Shown in pieces: positions 62,979 through 64,000 of a stretch of 64,000 nucleotides of DNA. Position 1 is the first letter of the stretch. Every line of letters starts with the position of its first letter. The position numbers were made by a program, and so were the translations under genes. Where the stretch lies: positions 1,408,001 to 1,472,000 of the forward strand of contig CAWCKY010000004.1 in assembly GCA_963796275.1 (NCBI GenBank). Direction: 5' to 3'. The notes under the pieces are model-generated. The model was given only the letters and a program-made list of their open reading frames with translations. It was not told where the DNA came from and did no database searches. The DNA comes from an uncultured Acidobacteriota bacterium. GTDB lineage: Bacteria > Acidobacteriota > Blastocatellia > RBC074.

Positions 62979-64000
62979 CTAAAATTTGTACGCCCGCTTG
63001 GCCAGCTTATATGCTGCGTCGTGAATCATCTCATCCGCGTCATCCATATCGACGATCCCTCTTATAACCAGGCCGGCGATCCAGTTGGCATCCACTCGCC
63101 TCGCGAGATCGTGGCGCGCGGGGATCGACGGAAAGGCGCGCGTGTCGTCGTTGAATCCGACGGTGTTATACAAGCCTGCGGTCTCTATCACCTCATCGCG
63201 AAAGCGGCGCATCCCGTTCAAACTATCGTGGAACCACCACGGCGGACCGAGTTTCACTGCCGGATAGTGGCCCGCGAGCGGCGCTAGCTCGCGCGCATAA
63301 GTCGTCTCATCGATCGTGAATAAGATCAAAGTGAGACGTGGGTCATTACCGTATCGGTTGAGAAGCGGCAGCAGGTTGCGCGTGTATTCGACCGGTATAG
63401 GTATGTCGCATCCCTTGTCGGTACCGAACCGGTCGGAGATCAACCGATTATGATTGCGGTACGAGCCGGGATGGAATTGCATCACCAGACCATCTTCGAT
63501 GCTCATCCGCGCATTCTCCATCAGCAGATTGCCGGTGAATCGCGCGGCGTCATCGGCTGCCCCTTCGCCCTTCAGCGCCCGTTGGAAGATCGCTTCCGCC
63601 TCGTCATCCGATAGCTCGCAAGTGTAAGGCGTGAGCGCCGCGTGATCGGTCGCCGTCGCGCCCATCGATTTGAAATAGGCCCTGCGGCTCTCCAGTGCTT
63701 CGATCAACATTCTGTAACTCCCGATCTCAGAGCCGCAAACTTCACCCAAAGCTTCAATATTACTCCGCCAATCGGGCCGATCGATGTTCACGACGCCGTC
63801 GGGTCGGAACGTCGGCACGACTCTTCCCTTCCACCCCGATTCTTTGATCGCTTTATGGTGAACGAGCGGATCGCTTGCAGCATCGGTGGTCGACAACACT
63901 TCGATATTGAATTTCTCGAACAGCCTGCGCGGACTGTATTCCGGCTTGCCCAAACACTCGACGATCTGATCGTAAATCCGCTGCGCGCTCTTCCCGCTGA
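62979..64000 (-). CDS. uxaC: Glucuronate (uronate) isomerase UxaC (5' truncated by window edge)
   Basis: TTD..DPL..H, PTFRPD, MQFH.G..RN, G.D.G.D, LG.PWWF.DS, DD.RAF.S..ARHD..RR. Confidence 0.93.
   Translation of the reverse strand, partial: SGKSAQRIYDQIVECLGKPEYSPRRLFEKFNIEVLSTTDAASDPLVHHKAIKESGWKGRVVPTFRPDGVVNIDRPDWRSNIEALGEVCGSEIGSYRMLIEALESRRAYFKSMGATATDHAALTPYTCELSDDEAEAIFQRALKGEGAADDAARFTGNLLMENARMSIEDGLVMQFHPGSYRNHNRLISDRFGTDKGCDIPIPVEYTRNLLPLLNRYGNDPRLTLILFTIDETTYARELAPLAGHYPAVKLGPPWWFHDSLNGMRRFRDEVIETAGLYNTVGFNDDTRAFPSIPARHDLARRVDANWIAGLVIRGIVDMDDADEMIHDAAYKLAKRAYKF

Overview
About 64 kb of bacterial chromosome, most likely Acidobacteriota and plausibly Blastocatellia-like. This is inferred from the acidobacterial-type VWA protein, the Oar-like TonB-dependent receptor, hpnH, the lipid A genes and the TPR/FG-GAP/ASPIC protein. 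Most of it is housekeeping or envelope-related. From left to right it holds: a bamA-skp-skp-lpxD-fabZ-lpxA-GNAT-lpxI operon; acyl-CoA carboxylase, sixA, ppa and hemD; an ECF sigma/anti-sigma/Spy module; an FHA-like membrane protease; a TonB receptor; a secreted protein with HipA/PI3K-like kinase motifs; fhaA-pbpA; a sigma-54 two-component operon with a type-1 copper protein and a porin; hpnH; a PIN/TRAM-ispDF-pdp-nucleoside ABC operon; trmFO; a methyltransferase-GT2-asnB-lepB-FG-GAP-PA14 cluster; folC; and partial uxaC. Five single-base frameshifts in lpxD, trmFO, the GT2 gene and asnB look like sequencing errors. I found no tRNA, rRNA, CRISPR array, transposase or phage gene. The most unusual signal is non-coding. 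Many intergenic gaps contain a 60-110 bp palindrome whose arms are tandem 7-, 8- or 9-nt units. The unit sequence differs between loci but the architecture is shared, and some copies run into reading frames. A nested GTAG/CGTC REP (REPIN-like) palindrome at 27.4 kb is embedded in one of these elements, and a collapsed copy lies at 62.9 kb. All calls come from reading motifs by eye; no database search was run.
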